DNA of 64,000 bases from an uncultured Bacteroidales bacterium. Its GTDB lineage: Bacteria > Bacteroidota > Bacteroidia > Bacteroidales > UBA12077. Positions 1 through 8,579 of the stretch are shown one piece after another (within the stretch, counting starts at the first letter, position 1; every line of letters begins with the position of its first letter). The notes beneath the pieces are model-generated. The model was not told where the DNA came from and ran no database searches. It saw nothing but the letters and a program-made list of their open reading frames with translations. Position numbers and translations under genes: made by a program. Location of the stretch: the NCBI GenBank assembly GCA_964461045.1, contig CAYWSJ010000003.1, positions 10,148-74,147 of the forward strand, given 5' to 3'.

Positions 1-84
1 TTCTTCCTCTTCCTGCCCAAAGCTCAATAACGGAATAGTTATAAAAGCAACAAAAATGAATATTTGAAAAAAATATTTTTTCAT
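1..84 (-). CDS. N-terminal 28 codons (signal-peptide-like) of a secreted protein that continues past the window edge
   Basis: Minus-strand ATG at 84..82 reads MKKYFFQIFIFVAFITIPLLSFGQEEEE in frame to position 1. It starts 3 nt after the stop of the SPOR gene, so it is probably co-transcribed. Confidence 0.4.
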   Translation of the reverse strand, partial: MKKYFFQIFIFVAFITIPLLSFGQEEEE

Positions 85-87
85 AAT

Positions 88-1461
88 CTATCGATACCAT
101 TTATGGTTAGTAATCATCAAAGCTTCCTGTACAGTAATCCTTTCCCCGCTATTATATGCAGCAACAAATGCATCATCAATAGAGGTTGTGTTCCAGATAT
201 GTACCCTGTAATCTCTGGCTTCTTTATATATTGGGAATGATCCCACTGAATATTTACGCCATCCCTCGTGAATTTCGGTTCTTACCTCTTTATCAATATT
301 ATATCTGTTAAAATAACTTTCAACATTTATGGGCCTGTGCCCGGCAGCTACCTGAACTCTGTAATAAACACCGGACTGAGGTTCAAGCTTATTTGTTAAC
401 TGGCTGTTCTGTTCAAGAATCTTTTGAGCCTCCTCAGCAATTTCAATTCTCACTTTTCCTTTATGTTTTTTCAGGTCAGAATATGATTTTGCATCCTCAA
501 TCTCTTTTGATTCGGTAAAAATTCCTTCTTTGTTACTAATTTCAGGGGTAGATGCATTCTTAATAATGCTTGCAAGATGACTTTTTTCTGTGTTGTTCAA
601 ATTCACATCCTGTTGTATAATATCTATATTTCTCGTCTTTTCCGCTTCTATATATGAAAATTTACCCTGAATTTCTCCTGGTGTACCTCCTGGTTCTTTT
701 GGGATAAGCTTATATGAAACTACAAAATACGATTCAGAAGGTAAGGTCATCCACAAAAACTTAGCTGTTTGATTCTTGAAAGTAAAAATTGCTTCCTTTT
801 CATCCATACCAACAGCCTTAAAGCCCTCTGGGACAGCCTCCTGTATTTTGGCAAATTTTTCTTTGTTTCCTTTATTTACAAGAAGATTCACAATGTATTC
901 ATCTCCTGTTTCTGTTTTATAAGGTTTTTGCCTGATACAAAGCACTTGTTTCATTTGGTCTTTTGCCGCGGGTGGCTTTGCCATCGGTTTAAACTGATCA
1001 ACATCTACAATCAGAGAGGGATCAATTGAAGGAGAAGGGGTTATGCTAATTGGCTTCTGTTCAAGAGCCAAAGATTTTCTCTCATTATCAGCAATATAAG
1101 CAAAAGAGCCAATTAAATCAAAATCTCCCTTTAATCGTTCATTAATTTTCAGTTTGTAAGAAATATTGATTACCTCTTTGGCAGGCAATTTCAACCAGAT
1201 AAATTTAGCTTTTTGATTTTCAAAGGTAAATTCAGCATTACCGCTTTTTATTACCTCGGCAGTTACACCTCCAGGTAAATCATGTTGCAAACGGGCAAAA
1301 CTATTAAGATCCGATTTATTCAATGTAATATCCACTACAACCTCCTGCCCGGCTTCTACACTTCCCGGTGCACTAACATTAATCTTCACATCTCCCGGGA
1401 ATAAAAAATTCGCCAGAAGTACACCTAAAAAATTTATGAGAAGCAAAAGTTTATAATACAT
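88..1461 (-). CDS. SPOR-domain envelope protein with two tandem homologous N-terminal modules
   Basis: 457-aa ORF with a hydrophobic N-terminus. Two homologous ~100-aa modules (FARLQHDLPGG..FTFENQKAKFIWLKLP vs FAKIQEAVPEG..FTFKNQTAKFLWMTLP), a K/E-rich linker, and a C-terminal SPOR-like segment (YYRVQVAAG...GWRKYSVGSF...EARDY). Confidence 0.75.
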   Translation of the reverse strand: MYYKLLLLINFLGVLLANFLFPGDVKINVSAPGSVEAGQEVVVDITLNKSDLNSFARLQHDLPGGVTAEVIKSGNAEFTFENQKAKFIWLKLPAKEVINISYKLKINERLKGDFDLIGSFAYIADNERKSLALEQKPISITPSPSIDPSLIVDVDQFKPMAKPPAAKDQMKQVLCIRQKPYKTETGDEYIVNLLVNKGNKEKFAKIQEAVPEGFKAVGMDEKEAIFTFKNQTAKFLWMTLPSESYFVVSYKLIPKEPGGTPGEIQGKFSYIEAEKTRNIDIIQQDVNLNNTEKSHLASIIKNASTPEISNKEGIFTESKEIEDAKSYSDLKKHKGKVRIEIAEEAQKILEQNSQLTNKLEPQSGVYYRVQVAAGHRPINVESYFNRYNIDKEVRTEIHEGWRKYSVGSFPIYKEARDYRVHIWNTTSIDDAFVAAYNSGERITVQEALMITNHKWYR

Positions 1462-1589
1462 AACGATTATTTATTTTATCACTGCCTAAATATAAGGATT
1501 TTAAGAAATAATAACAAAATATCAACATGAGAAATTAACAATTGTTAATAAATGTCCAAAGTTGTTAAAAACTTCATATATATATACTT

Positions 1590-2297
1590 TTAGAAGTTTG
1601 GACTCAACAAATATTTTGAATAGAACTCATTAATCATATCAACTGCCTCATCAGCGGTATCCACCAAATAGAACAGATCCAGATCTTTTTCGTTTATATT
1701 CCCTTCTTCAAGAACAACTTCCTTAATCCATCCGACCAATCCGGACCAGAATTTTTTTCCTACCAGTACGATAGGAAATTTCCCTATCTTTTCAGTTTGA
1801 ATGAGTGTTATTGCCTCAAATAATTCATCGAGTGTTCCAAATCCTCCTGGTAAAACGACAAAACCTTGTGCATATTTCACAAACATCACTTTTCTAACGA
1901 AAAAATGTTCAAAATTTATAAGTTTATCAGTATCGATAAAAAGATTGGCTGACTGTTCAAAAGGAAGATCGATATTCAGACCTACAGATTTTCCTTTTCC
2001 TTTCCTGGCTCCCATGTTTCCTGCCTCCATAATTCCAGGTCCTCCTCCGGTGATGACGCCATACCCGTTTTGGGTCAATTTATAAGCAATCTCCTCGGCT
2101 AATTTGAAGTATTTGTTTTCTGGTTTAGTTCTGGCAGAACCAAAAATTGATACACAGGGTCCTATTTTTGAAAGTTTATCATAGCCTTGTACAAATTCTG
2201 ATAATATCTTAAATATAGACCATGAATCCGATGTTTGTACTTCGTTCCAATTCTTAGACTCAAAGGCTTCTTTTATCTTATCTTCCTGGTTACTCAT
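1590..2297 (-). CDS. LOG-family (TIGR00730) nucleotide phosphoribohydrolase-like protein
   Basis: 235-aa ORF with LOG hallmarks GGGPGIMEA and PGGFGTLDE. Confidence 0.85.
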   Translation of the reverse strand: MSNQEDKIKEAFESKNWNEVQTSDSWSIFKILSEFVQGYDKLSKIGPCVSIFGSARTKPENKYFKLAEEIAYKLTQNGYGVITGGGPGIMEAGNMGARKGKGKSVGLNIDLPFEQSANLFIDTDKLINFEHFFVRKVMFVKYAQGFVVLPGGFGTLDELFEAITLIQTEKIGKFPIVLVGKKFWSGLVGWIKEVVLEEGNINEKDLDLFYLVDTADEAVDMINEFYSKYLLSPNF

Positions 2298-2335
2298 ATT
2301 TTTCTTAGGGTGTTAATTTTTTATAAAGATAACAA

Positions 2336-5185
2336 TCATAATTCATCCTGCAAATATTTTGCTGTGTAGCCTTTTCCTGATTTAATAATTTCTTCTGGTG
2401 ATCCGGTGGCAATTATTTCGCCTCCTTTATTTCCTCCCTCCCATCCCAGATCAATAATATGATCAGCTACTTTAATTACTTCGAGGTTATGTTCAATAAC
2501 AATTACCGTATTTCCCTTATCAACTAATGAGTTAAGTACATTCAACAAAACCCTGACATCTTCAAAGTGCAAACCTGTTGTTGGTTCATCCAGTATAAAA
2601 AGAGTTTTACCGGTACTCTTTTTCGATAATTCTGCTGCCAGTTTTACTCTTTGCGATTCTCCTCCGGAAAGTGTAGTTGAAGGCTGGCCTAATGTGATAT
2701 AACCTAACCCTACATCCTGTAATACTTTTAATTTATCTTTAATTGAAGGAATCTGGTCAAAAAATTCTACTGCCTGGTTGATAGTCATATCCAGTACATC
2801 ACTGATGTTTTTTCCTTTATACTTAACTTCCAGTGTTTCCCTGTTGTATCGTTTCCCATTACAATCTTTACAATGAACATAAACATCTGGGAGAAAATTC
2901 ATTTCAATAACCTCTACACCAGCACCTTTACAGGTTTCACATCTTCCTCCTTTCACATTGAAAGAAAATCTTCCCGGCTTATATCCTCTTATTTTTGATT
3001 CCGGTGTTTGGGCAAACAAATTACGTATATCTGAAAAAACACCTGTATAAGTTGCCGGATTTGATCTGGGTGTTCTGCCCAAAGGAGCCTGATTTACTTC
3101 AATAACTTTGTTAAGATTCTCCAGCCCCTCTATATTTTTGTATTCTAAGGGTTCTTTCACAGAGCGATAAAAATATTTACTCAGGATTGGATACAATGTT
3201 TCATTAATGAGAGTAGATTTACCGCTTCCGGAAACACCTGTGATACAGATAAATTTTCCAAGAGGAAAGTCCACAGTTACGTTTTTTAAATTATGCCCCG
3301 CAGCTTCATTAATAATCAAATGCCCGTTCAAATGCTTCCTTCTTTTCGCGGGAATTTTAATCTTCTTCCTGTAGTTCAGATAATCAGCCGTAAGGGTACT
3401 TTTCTTCATGATTTCTTCCGGATTACCCTGGGCAACTACCTTCCCTCCAAGTCTGCCTGCTTTCGGACCAATATCAATAATGTGATCAGCAGACAAAATA
3501 ATACCCTTATCATGTTCGACCACCATAATTGAATTACCGTTATCCCGCAATTTTTGCAGAGAATTAATCAGGCGGTCATTATCTCTCTGATGCAAACCAA
3601 TACTAGGCTCATCGAGAATATAAAGCACATTCACCAATTTTGACCCTATTTGTGTGGCAAGCCTTATCCTCTGGCTTTCACCTCCTGACAAACTTTTTGA
3701 AGGTCTGAACAATGTAAGGTAATCCAGTCCTACCTCTAACAAAAAATTTAACCTGTTACGTATTTCTTTTACAGGCTCTTTAGCTATTAAATATTGCTTT
3801 TTTGTTAATTTTTCTTCAATCGTTTCAAACCAGCGGGATAGTTCTGAAATATCCATATCAGACAATTCAGCAATATTTTTATCACCAAGTTTAAAGTACA
3901 GGGCTTCCTTTTTAAGCCTGGTTCCTTCGCATACCGGACATGTTACTTTTTTGATGTATTTATCGGTCCATTTCCTGCCATTTTTATTGCTGTTTTTATG
4001 ATTCTGCAGAATATAATTAACTACACCATCAAATCGCAGGTAATAATTCGAAGATCTGCCCAGCGGTGTTGAATGCAGTCTGAATTTTTCTTCCGAACCA
4101 TAAAGAATAATATCAAGGGCTTCTTTAGATAGTTTATTTATTGGAGTATCCAGTTTAAATCCGTATTTCTCTCCAATCGCTTCTAGCTGCCAGAAAGTAA
4201 GTATATTTTTATACTTTCCGAATGGTTCAATTCCTCCTTCTTCAATGCTCAGTTTTCTGTCTGGTATTACCCTGTTAATATCCACATCATTAATTGCTCC
4301 AAGCCCGTTGCATTTAGAACATGCACCCTGTGGAGAATTGAAAGAAAATGTATGAGGTGCCGGAGGATTGTATGAAATACCGGAAGTCGGGCACATTAAA
4401 TTCCTGCTGTAAAATCGAGTTTTTCCCGAATCATAATCAAGCAGTAAAAGTGTCCCGTTTCCTTCATCCAATGCCATTTTTACTGATTTTTTGAGTCGAC
4501 TTAAATCTTCACCGTCAATTTTTAACTTATCAATAACCAGTTCGATATGGTGCATTTTATACCGGTGTAACTTCAGCCCGGGCTTTATCTCTCTCAATTC
4601 CCCGTCTACCCGAACATTCAGAAAGCCTTTTTTTCGGAGTCTCTCAAATAATTCTTTGTAATGCCCCTTTCTTCCCTTTATAAGAGGAGCCAGTAAAATT
4701 ATCTTGCGCCGGGAATACTGCTGAGCAATAAGATCGATTATTTGCTCATCAGTGTATTTAACCATTTTCTCATTAGTAACATATGAATATGCTTCACTTG
4801 CCCTTGCATAAAGAAGACGTAAAAAGTCGTAAATTTCTGTAATAGTGCCAACAGTTGATCGCGGATTTTTATTGGTTGTCTTCTGCTCAATGGAAATAAC
4901 CGGACTCAAACCGGTTATTTTGTCTACATCAGGCCTTTCCAGTTCTCCAATAAATTGCCTTGCATAGGCTGACATAGTTTCGATATAGCGCCTCTGACCT
5001 TCAGCATATATTGTATCAAAAGCCAGTGAAGACTTTCCGCTGCCACTAAGTCCTGTAACAACTACCAGTTTATTTCTAGGAATAGTTAAATCAATATTGT
5101 CAAGGTTATGAACTCTTGCTCCGAGAATATTAATAGCTGCTGATTCTGAATGAACAATATCTTTGTAGCTCTTCTTTCTTGTCAA
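2336..5185 (-). CDS. uvrA: Excinuclease ABC subunit A
   Basis: 949 aa. Two ABC ATPase modules (GLSGSGKSSLAF, GVSGSGKSTL), two LSGGE signatures, and Cys-rich zinc modules (CPVCEGTR; CETCKGAG..CKDCNGKRY). The ORF opens with TTG. Confidence 0.97.
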   Translation of the reverse strand: MTRKKSYKDIVHSESAAINILGARVHNLDNIDLTIPRNKLVVVTGLSGSGKSSLAFDTIYAEGQRRYIETMSAYARQFIGELERPDVDKITGLSPVISIEQKTTNKNPRSTVGTITEIYDFLRLLYARASEAYSYVTNEKMVKYTDEQIIDLIAQQYSRRKIILLAPLIKGRKGHYKELFERLRKKGFLNVRVDGELREIKPGLKLHRYKMHHIELVIDKLKIDGEDLSRLKKSVKMALDEGNGTLLLLDYDSGKTRFYSRNLMCPTSGISYNPPAPHTFSFNSPQGACSKCNGLGAINDVDINRVIPDRKLSIEEGGIEPFGKYKNILTFWQLEAIGEKYGFKLDTPINKLSKEALDIILYGSEEKFRLHSTPLGRSSNYYLRFDGVVNYILQNHKNSNKNGRKWTDKYIKKVTCPVCEGTRLKKEALYFKLGDKNIAELSDMDISELSRWFETIEEKLTKKQYLIAKEPVKEIRNRLNFLLEVGLDYLTLFRPSKSLSGGESQRIRLATQIGSKLVNVLYILDEPSIGLHQRDNDRLINSLQKLRDNGNSIMVVEHDKGIILSADHIIDIGPKAGRLGGKVVAQGNPEEIMKKSTLTADYLNYRKKIKIPAKRRKHLNGHLIINEAAGHNLKNVTVDFPLGKFICITGVSGSGKSTLINETLYPILSKYFYRSVKEPLEYKNIEGLENLNKVIEVNQAPLGRTPRSNPATYTGVFSDIRNLFAQTPESKIRGYKPGRFSFNVKGGRCETCKGAGVEVIEMNFLPDVYVHCKDCNGKRYNRETLEVKYKGKNISDVLDMTINQAVEFFDQIPSIKDKLKVLQDVGLGYITLGQPSTTLSGGESQRVKLAAELSKKSTGKTLFILDEPTTGLHFEDVRVLLNVLNSLVDKGNTVIVIEHNLEVIKVADHIIDLGWEGGNKGGEIIATGSPEEIIKSGKGYTAKYLQDEL

Positions 5186-5218
5186 TGCAAAATAATTTTA
5201 ATACTTAACGACAATTTT

Positions 5219-6199
5219 CTATTTGCTTTGTTTGGCTGTATTTAAAATATTCTGGTAATCCCTGTAATTCTCTTCCGGAATTTCAATAAGGTAAGTTTTT
5301 CCTCTTTTGTTGGTCAGATAATTCTGGCGTAGCCAGGGATTAAAAATTTTCAATAATTTATAGTTAATTCCCTGCTCTGCTGCAAACGCTGGAAAATCTT
5401 TCACAGATGAATCAAGTTCAACTTGCTTTGTTGGTATCGAATGATATAAATCATCAAATTTAAAGTTAAAACCATATCTGTCAGGATTTTCAAATATAAG
5501 TTTTATGGCAAGTATCCGGTAAACGTATCTTGCTGTTTCTTCGTTAAGAACAAGATTATAATAAGAATCTGCACCTTGTCTTTTCAACTGTCTTGATACA
5601 GCTTTTCTGCCAAAATTATAAGAAGCAGCTGCAAGTGTCCAGCTCCCGAATTTCTCATAAGCATCTTTAAGGAAATTGCAGGCAGCCTCAGTTGATTTCT
5701 TAATATGATATCTTTCGTCAACCTCATTGTTAACTTCCAATCCATAGTCTTTTGCTGTACCTTCAAGAAATTGCCATACACCTACTGCTCCTGCAGGTGA
5801 GACTGCATTGGTAAGTTCACTCTCAATAACAGGGATATATTTCATGTCGACAGGGACCTCATGTTTTTTCAAAATTGATTCTATTTCTGCTAAATGCCTG
5901 TTTCCTCTTTTCAAAAGTAAAAGCGTATGTGATTGCCAGTAAGTATTCACGAGAAGTTCGCGATCAAGGGATTCCCTGACATCAAAATAGTTAACGGGCA
6001 CGGTTTCACCGGCAAACTCAAGGGTGTCAGGTAATGGAAGGGCATGTATAGAATACTTATCTTTAAAACTGTCAAAAAAACCTCTCTCTTCTTCTTTTTC
6101 ATTTATAAAACCAGAAACCAGGAAAACAATCCCCAGAAAAAGGAAGGTTATCATTATATAAAAACTCGTTTTATTAAAGATTTTTTTTACCATAGCCAT
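5219..6199 (-). CDS. Membrane-anchored lytic transglycosylase (SLT/GH23 domain)
   Basis: 326 aa with an N-terminal TM anchor and a catalytic region ESELTNAVSPAGAVGVWQF ... AAASYNFG. Confidence 0.85.
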   Translation of the reverse strand: MAMVKKIFNKTSFYIMITFLFLGIVFLVSGFINEKEEERGFFDSFKDKYSIHALPLPDTLEFAGETVPVNYFDVRESLDRELLVNTYWQSHTLLLLKRGNRHLAEIESILKKHEVPVDMKYIPVIESELTNAVSPAGAVGVWQFLEGTAKDYGLEVNNEVDERYHIKKSTEAACNFLKDAYEKFGSWTLAAASYNFGRKAVSRQLKRQGADSYYNLVLNEETARYVYRILAIKLIFENPDRYGFNFKFDDLYHSIPTKQVELDSSVKDFPAFAAEQGINYKLLKIFNPWLRQNYLTNKRGKTYLIEIPEENYRDYQNILNTAKQSK

Positions 6200-6250
6200 C
6201 TGTAATTCAATTTGGCAAAATTAAAATTTTTGATACAAAAAAGGGGATTA

Positions 6251-7585
6251 TTATTTGAAATAAACACTAAAACCTGTAAATAAATTAAAAGAGTAAGGAT
6301 ATACCCTTGTATTCTCCTCTATAACAGTATGAAGATAGTAATCAAACATAGGCTGGATAAAGAATTTCGTATTGTCGGAAATATCGTAATTAAAACCAAA
6401 ACCCAAAACACTTGAATAGTTCACCTTTTCAAGTCCTGTTGTTTCTCCAACATATTGGTTGCTTTCCTGGGTGGCCATATATACGCCATTATTAATAAGG
6501 AAATTGGCATTAAAACCACCTATTATATCTAATCCAATTTTTGTATCTAAAACCCGAAGTTCCATCATTAATGGAACTTTCAAAAATTCCAGTCTCTGGG
6601 TAAGGGTATTATCAAGACTGAATTCGTCTGTGACATCCATAGGAACCGGGCCATATTCATTTAAATCTTCAGGGGTTTCAGGTTGTATTTTATCAGACAT
6701 CAATTCAACGTTTCCCCATGAATTGGGAACCTGATGATACCCCTGCGTTCCTTTTAAGGTATAAGAATTTTGTGAAACAGTAACATTATTAAGTCTTTGT
6801 CCAATTTGGCTATAATAAAGACCGGAACGAATTTTGAAATTTTTAAAAACTTCATACCCAACACCCAGACCGCTTGAATAAGCCAGTAAACTGGATTCAT
6901 CTGGTAAATTTTGTTGAATTTCGGGGTTGGATGTCATTTTTGGATTTTCAACTACAGTTCTGTAAGAAAGCGTTGGTGACAATCCTGCTGAAAGAGATAG
7001 TTTCCTTTTTTTGCTTTTTTCATACAGGTCTTCATTGTTCCCGGGTACCGTATTTAAAAATGCATAGTCATAAATTTGGTTTTTTTTCTCTTTTTCTTCA
7101 GTTTTTTCCTTTTCTTCAATTTGTGCTAATCTGTTTTGATGTGTTGGTGTTGAAATTCCTCCAAATTTTGAGACTAATTTTCTTTTGGGAATGTCGCGGT
7201 TTCCTTCATTCAAATCTCTGGTGCTGTTTTCATTCTCCAATTTCTCTTCTTCTGTTGATTTATTAATTTTTGAAAACCTGGACTGCGCAATTTTATTTGA
7301 TATATTATTAGTATTCTGTGTTTTTTCAGTCGTGTATTCCGTTTGATTATAATTTTGCAGGGCCAGTGGATTTTTCAGAAGATCAGCAGTAGTAAAATAA
7401 TATAGAAGTCCGCTTAAAATCAGAACCGCCACAGTTGCTGCTACTCTGTACCAGTAGACTTTTCTTTTCTTTCCCTGATCCAGAGATAACTGAATATCCG
7501 CCCACGTCTCCCTGGGCGCTTCAGGAGAATAATCCCTGAGGCGATCACGAAAGACTTTATCAATATTTAACTGGTACGGATTCAT
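6251..7585 (-). CDS. Anti-sigma-like membrane protein with a C-terminal outer-membrane beta-barrel-like domain
   Basis: 444 aa. Its ATG overlaps the sigma-gene stop (TAATG, 7583..7587). One TM helix (VAATVAVLILSGLLYYF), a K/E/N-rich linker, and a C-terminal ~230 aa with alternating beta-strand pattern ending FTGFSVYFK. Confidence 0.55.
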   Translation of the reverse strand: MNPYQLNIDKVFRDRLRDYSPEAPRETWADIQLSLDQGKKRKVYWYRVAATVAVLILSGLLYYFTTADLLKNPLALQNYNQTEYTTEKTQNTNNISNKIAQSRFSKINKSTEEEKLENENSTRDLNEGNRDIPKRKLVSKFGGISTPTHQNRLAQIEEKEKTEEKEKKNQIYDYAFLNTVPGNNEDLYEKSKKRKLSLSAGLSPTLSYRTVVENPKMTSNPEIQQNLPDESSLLAYSSGLGVGYEVFKNFKIRSGLYYSQIGQRLNNVTVSQNSYTLKGTQGYHQVPNSWGNVELMSDKIQPETPEDLNEYGPVPMDVTDEFSLDNTLTQRLEFLKVPLMMELRVLDTKIGLDIIGGFNANFLINNGVYMATQESNQYVGETTGLEKVNYSSVLGFGFNYDISDNTKFFIQPMFDYYLHTVIEENTRVYPYSFNLFTGFSVYFK

Positions 7586-8139
7586 TATATTATTTTGCCT
7601 TTTTTAATATGATATATTTTTTCAACTTTTTCTTTTAATATTTCCTTTGCTCTTGACAAGTTTGATTTCGAGGTTCCCTCAGAGATCTGTAACTTATCTG
7701 CAATTTCTTTATGCGAATAACCTTCTATCACATAAAGGTTAAAAACCATTTTGTATTTGGGCGAAAGCTCCTGTATTATTTTGATCAGTTCCTTTTCGTT
7801 CAGATCCTCCAGGATATGCTCATAATTATAAACTGTAGATTCCAGCACTGTAAACTCATCCATCAGCCACAACCGATTTTGTTTCCTTAATCTTTCCAGT
7901 GCTGTATTCACAATTACCTTTCGCATCCAACCTTCAAAAGAACCTTCATTCTTAAACTGACTCAGGTTATTAAATATTTTTATAAAACCTTCCTGCAAAA
8001 TATCTTTTGCATCATCAGTATTCTGTGCATACCTAAGAGCTACACCATAGAGACGGTCTGCAAACTGAAGATATAACTTCTTTTGTGCTTTCCTGTCTCC
8101 TTTAATGCAGGATTTTATTATGTTTGTTAGATTAGGCAC
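7585..8139 (-). CDS. ECF-type RNA polymerase sigma-70 family factor
   Basis: Region 2 (DILQEGFIKIF) and region 4 HTH (YSHKEIADKLQISEGTSKSNLSRAKEIL). The ORF track starts at TTG 8181, but a TATATTTG -7 box lies inside that extension, so GTG at 8139 is the more likely start. Confidence 0.85.
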   Translation of the reverse strand: MPNLTNIIKSCIKGDRKAQKKLYLQFADRLYGVALRYAQNTDDAKDILQEGFIKIFNNLSQFKNEGSFEGWMRKVIVNTALERLRKQNRLWLMDEFTVLESTVYNYEHILEDLNEKELIKIIQELSPKYKMVFNLYVIEGYSHKEIADKLQISEGTSKSNLSRAKEILKEKVEKIYHIKKGKII

Positions 8140-8158
8140 GTAACTAGCTGATTTAAGA

Positions 8159-8166
8159 CAAATATA
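8159..8166 (-). promoter_or_regulatory. Bacteroidota-type -7 promoter box (TATATTTG) for the ECF sigma operon
   Basis: Exact TAnnTTTG on the minus strand, 20 nt upstream of GTG 8139. Confidence 0.5.
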
Positions 8167-8231
8167 CCTAATTTTTAACAAACAAAAAACCTACCAAAGT
8201 TTGTATTTTTATGATGTACCTTTTCAAAAAA

Positions 8232-8262
8232 AAGTTGCGTTGAAATAAATTAGTACGCAACT
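8232..8262 (-). terminator. Hairpin followed by a T-run (intrinsic-terminator-like) upstream of the sigma operon
   Basis: AAGTTGCGT (8232..8240) pairs with ACGCAACTT (8254..8262) around a 13-nt loop. On the minus strand it is followed by TTTTTTTT. Confidence 0.4.
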
Positions 8263-8317
8263 TTTCCATCAAATAATTCATCTAACAATTAGACTTTGAT
8301 TTTTTAATCCAGGAAAA

Positions 8318-8482
8318 ATGCAGGATAAAGTCAATTTTAAAAGCAAAAAATTAAACAAAGGAGTTATTATTATTTTTTCAATTATTTTAATTCTGTTTAT
8401 ATTTTCTTTATTTACAAGCAAATACGGAAAGGACTTTTTTTCTCAAAGAAAATCACACTCCATAACACCTGTCTACCCCTAA
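8318..8482 (+). CDS. Possible 54-aa single-TM small protein (below the ORF-track cutoff)
   Basis: ATG 8318 to TAA 8480..8482 gives MQDKVNFKSKKLNKGVIIIFSIILILFIFSLFTSKYGKDFFSQRKSHSITPVYP. It has one strongly hydrophobic helix with basic flanks. No exact promoter box was seen, and an A/T-rich ORF like this could be chance. Confidence 0.25.
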   Translation: MQDKVNFKSKKLNKGVIIIFSIILILFIFSLFTSKYGKDFFSQRKSHSITPVYP

Positions 8483-8514
8483 ATTTACTTTAAATACAGA
8501 TTGAACCCATGAAA

Positions 8515-8540
8515 AAGGGCGCCGGAATTCTGGCGCCCTT
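8515..8540 (-). terminator. Rho-independent terminator of lpdA
   Basis: AAGGGCGCC (8515..8523) pairs with GGCGCCCTT (8532..8540). On the minus strand it is followed by TTTTTC. It lies 40 nt after the lpdA stop. Confidence 0.75.
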
Positions 8541-8579
8541 ATTCTATTTTATTTCAAATCTTTCATATTGAATTCAAAA

